Below are positions 23,348 to 24,000 of a stretch of 24,000 nucleotides of DNA, piece after piece. The stretch comes from Methanoculleus sp. SDB. GTDB taxonomy: Archaea; Halobacteriota; Methanomicrobia; Methanomicrobiales; Methanomicrobiaceae. The translations under genes were made by a program, and so were the position numbers. The notes beneath the pieces are model-generated. The model had not been told where the DNA came from. It saw only the letters and a list, made by a program, of their open reading frames with translations, and made no database searches. The stretch lies in contig LKUD01000033.1 in NCBI GenBank assembly GCA_001412355.1, positions 39,179 through 63,178 on the forward strand, read 5' to 3'. Every line of letters starts with the position of its first letter. Position 1 is the stretch's first letter.

Positions 23348-23511
23348 TCCCTCTGGAATGTACGTATGGCCTGTCCGGCGGCGAACTCTAGAGAGTCCGG
23401 ATTTTAAGCTACATCAAAAGAACTCCAGGTTATAGCGGCCCATTCCGGACCGGAACGCCAGCCCCCTTCACTGCCGGGAGAAAGCAGCATTACCGTTAAG
23501 AATCCGACGAG

Positions 23512-24000
23512 CTACAGGAGGAGCTCAAATGTCTGCTCGATCACCGGTGTTCCCCAGGTGCTGTCCTCCTGCTCGGCGATGAGGGTAAACCCGGTCTTTT
23601 CATAGAGGTGTCGTGCGGCATCCAGCCCGGCGAAGGTGGTCAGGTAGACCCTCCGGAAACCTGCGCGGGCACAGAAACCGAGCGCCTCCTGCATCAGGAG
23701 GTTTCCAAGGCCGCCCCCATGATATTCGGGTGCGACGATGAACCACCGCAGCCGTGCCTCTTTCGTCCCGGCACCTTCGCCCTCGACGGCGATCGCCCCG
23801 ACCAGCCCACCGTCCGCCTTCGCCACCCAGAAGCCGTCATGCGCCGGGTCGAAGCGGGTGAGAAACGCGGAGAGTTCACTCGCCACCTTCGCCTCGAAGT
23901 AGAGGTCGAAATTCCAGTGTTCGTGATAATATGTCGCATGGAGCGCGGTGATCTCTCGGATCAAACCGGGTGTATAGCCATGCAGTTCGAATTCCGGCAT
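23512..24000 (-). CDS. GNAT-family N-acetyltransferase
   Basis: Track ORF of 162 aa whose ATG coincides with the window end. The acetyl-CoA binding motif A region is RWFIVAPEYHGGGLGNLLMQEALGFCARAGF, followed by YEKTGF. Confidence 0.9.
   Translation of the reverse strand: MPEFELHGYTPGLIREITALHATYYHEHWNFDLYFEAKVASELSAFLTRFDPAHDGFWVAKADGGLVGAIAVEGEGAGTKEARLRWFIVAPEYHGGGLGNLLMQEALGFCARAGFRRVYLTTFAGLDAARHLYEKTGFTLIAEQEDSTWGTPVIEQTFELLL

Noticed and set aside
1-24000. A search for CRISPR arrays, rRNA genes, IS elements or transposases, integrases, and long tandem or inverted repeats.
   Set aside because: I found none by reading both strands. The only substantial repeat is the diverged hgcB 3' duplication, reported separately. 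The short hairpins are listed as low-confidence terminators.

Overview
High-G+C archaeal chromosomal segment. The gene content fits a Methanomicrobia-type methanogen: archaeal-type UMP kinase, AmmeMemoRadiSam-type radical SAM, Mut7-C, FTR-rubredoxin, TATA-like promoters and hgcAB. The taxon is inference only. The first ~19 kb is mostly ordinary. It holds a transglutaminase-like lipoprotein gene that runs off the window edge and is missing from the ORF track, a polar amino-acid ABC transporter operon, a remnant of an NSS/SNF transporter gene, and mntP. It also holds a 1180-aa bipartite HEAT-repeat protein, an FTR-rubredoxin/glutaredoxin-like pair, an overlapping Zn-ribbon/radical-SAM/Mut7-C operon, pyrH, tRNA-Pro(UGG), nth and DUF47-PiT. 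There are three stand-outs. (i) A 549-aa protein fuses a SLOG-like Rossmannoid sensor to two SLATT-type 2TM modules; this is a predicted nucleotide-gated membrane effector and is uncharacterised. (ii) The mercury-methylation pair hgcA-hgcB is preceded by an overlapping, Cys-decorated AbrB/SpoVT-like gene and by a repeat set flanking the TATA box, making a candidate regulator or accessory component. (iii) Directly downstream lies a lower-G+C mosaic stretch. It contains an RNase III gene with a homopolymer frameshift and an active-site Asp->Asn change, a nitroreductase and a SAM methyltransferase. It also contains a degenerate second copy of the 3' half of hgcB that forms a diverged direct repeat around this ~2.3-kb cassette. 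HicBA, gene fragments and a GNAT follow. I saw no rRNA, CRISPR array, transposase or integrase.
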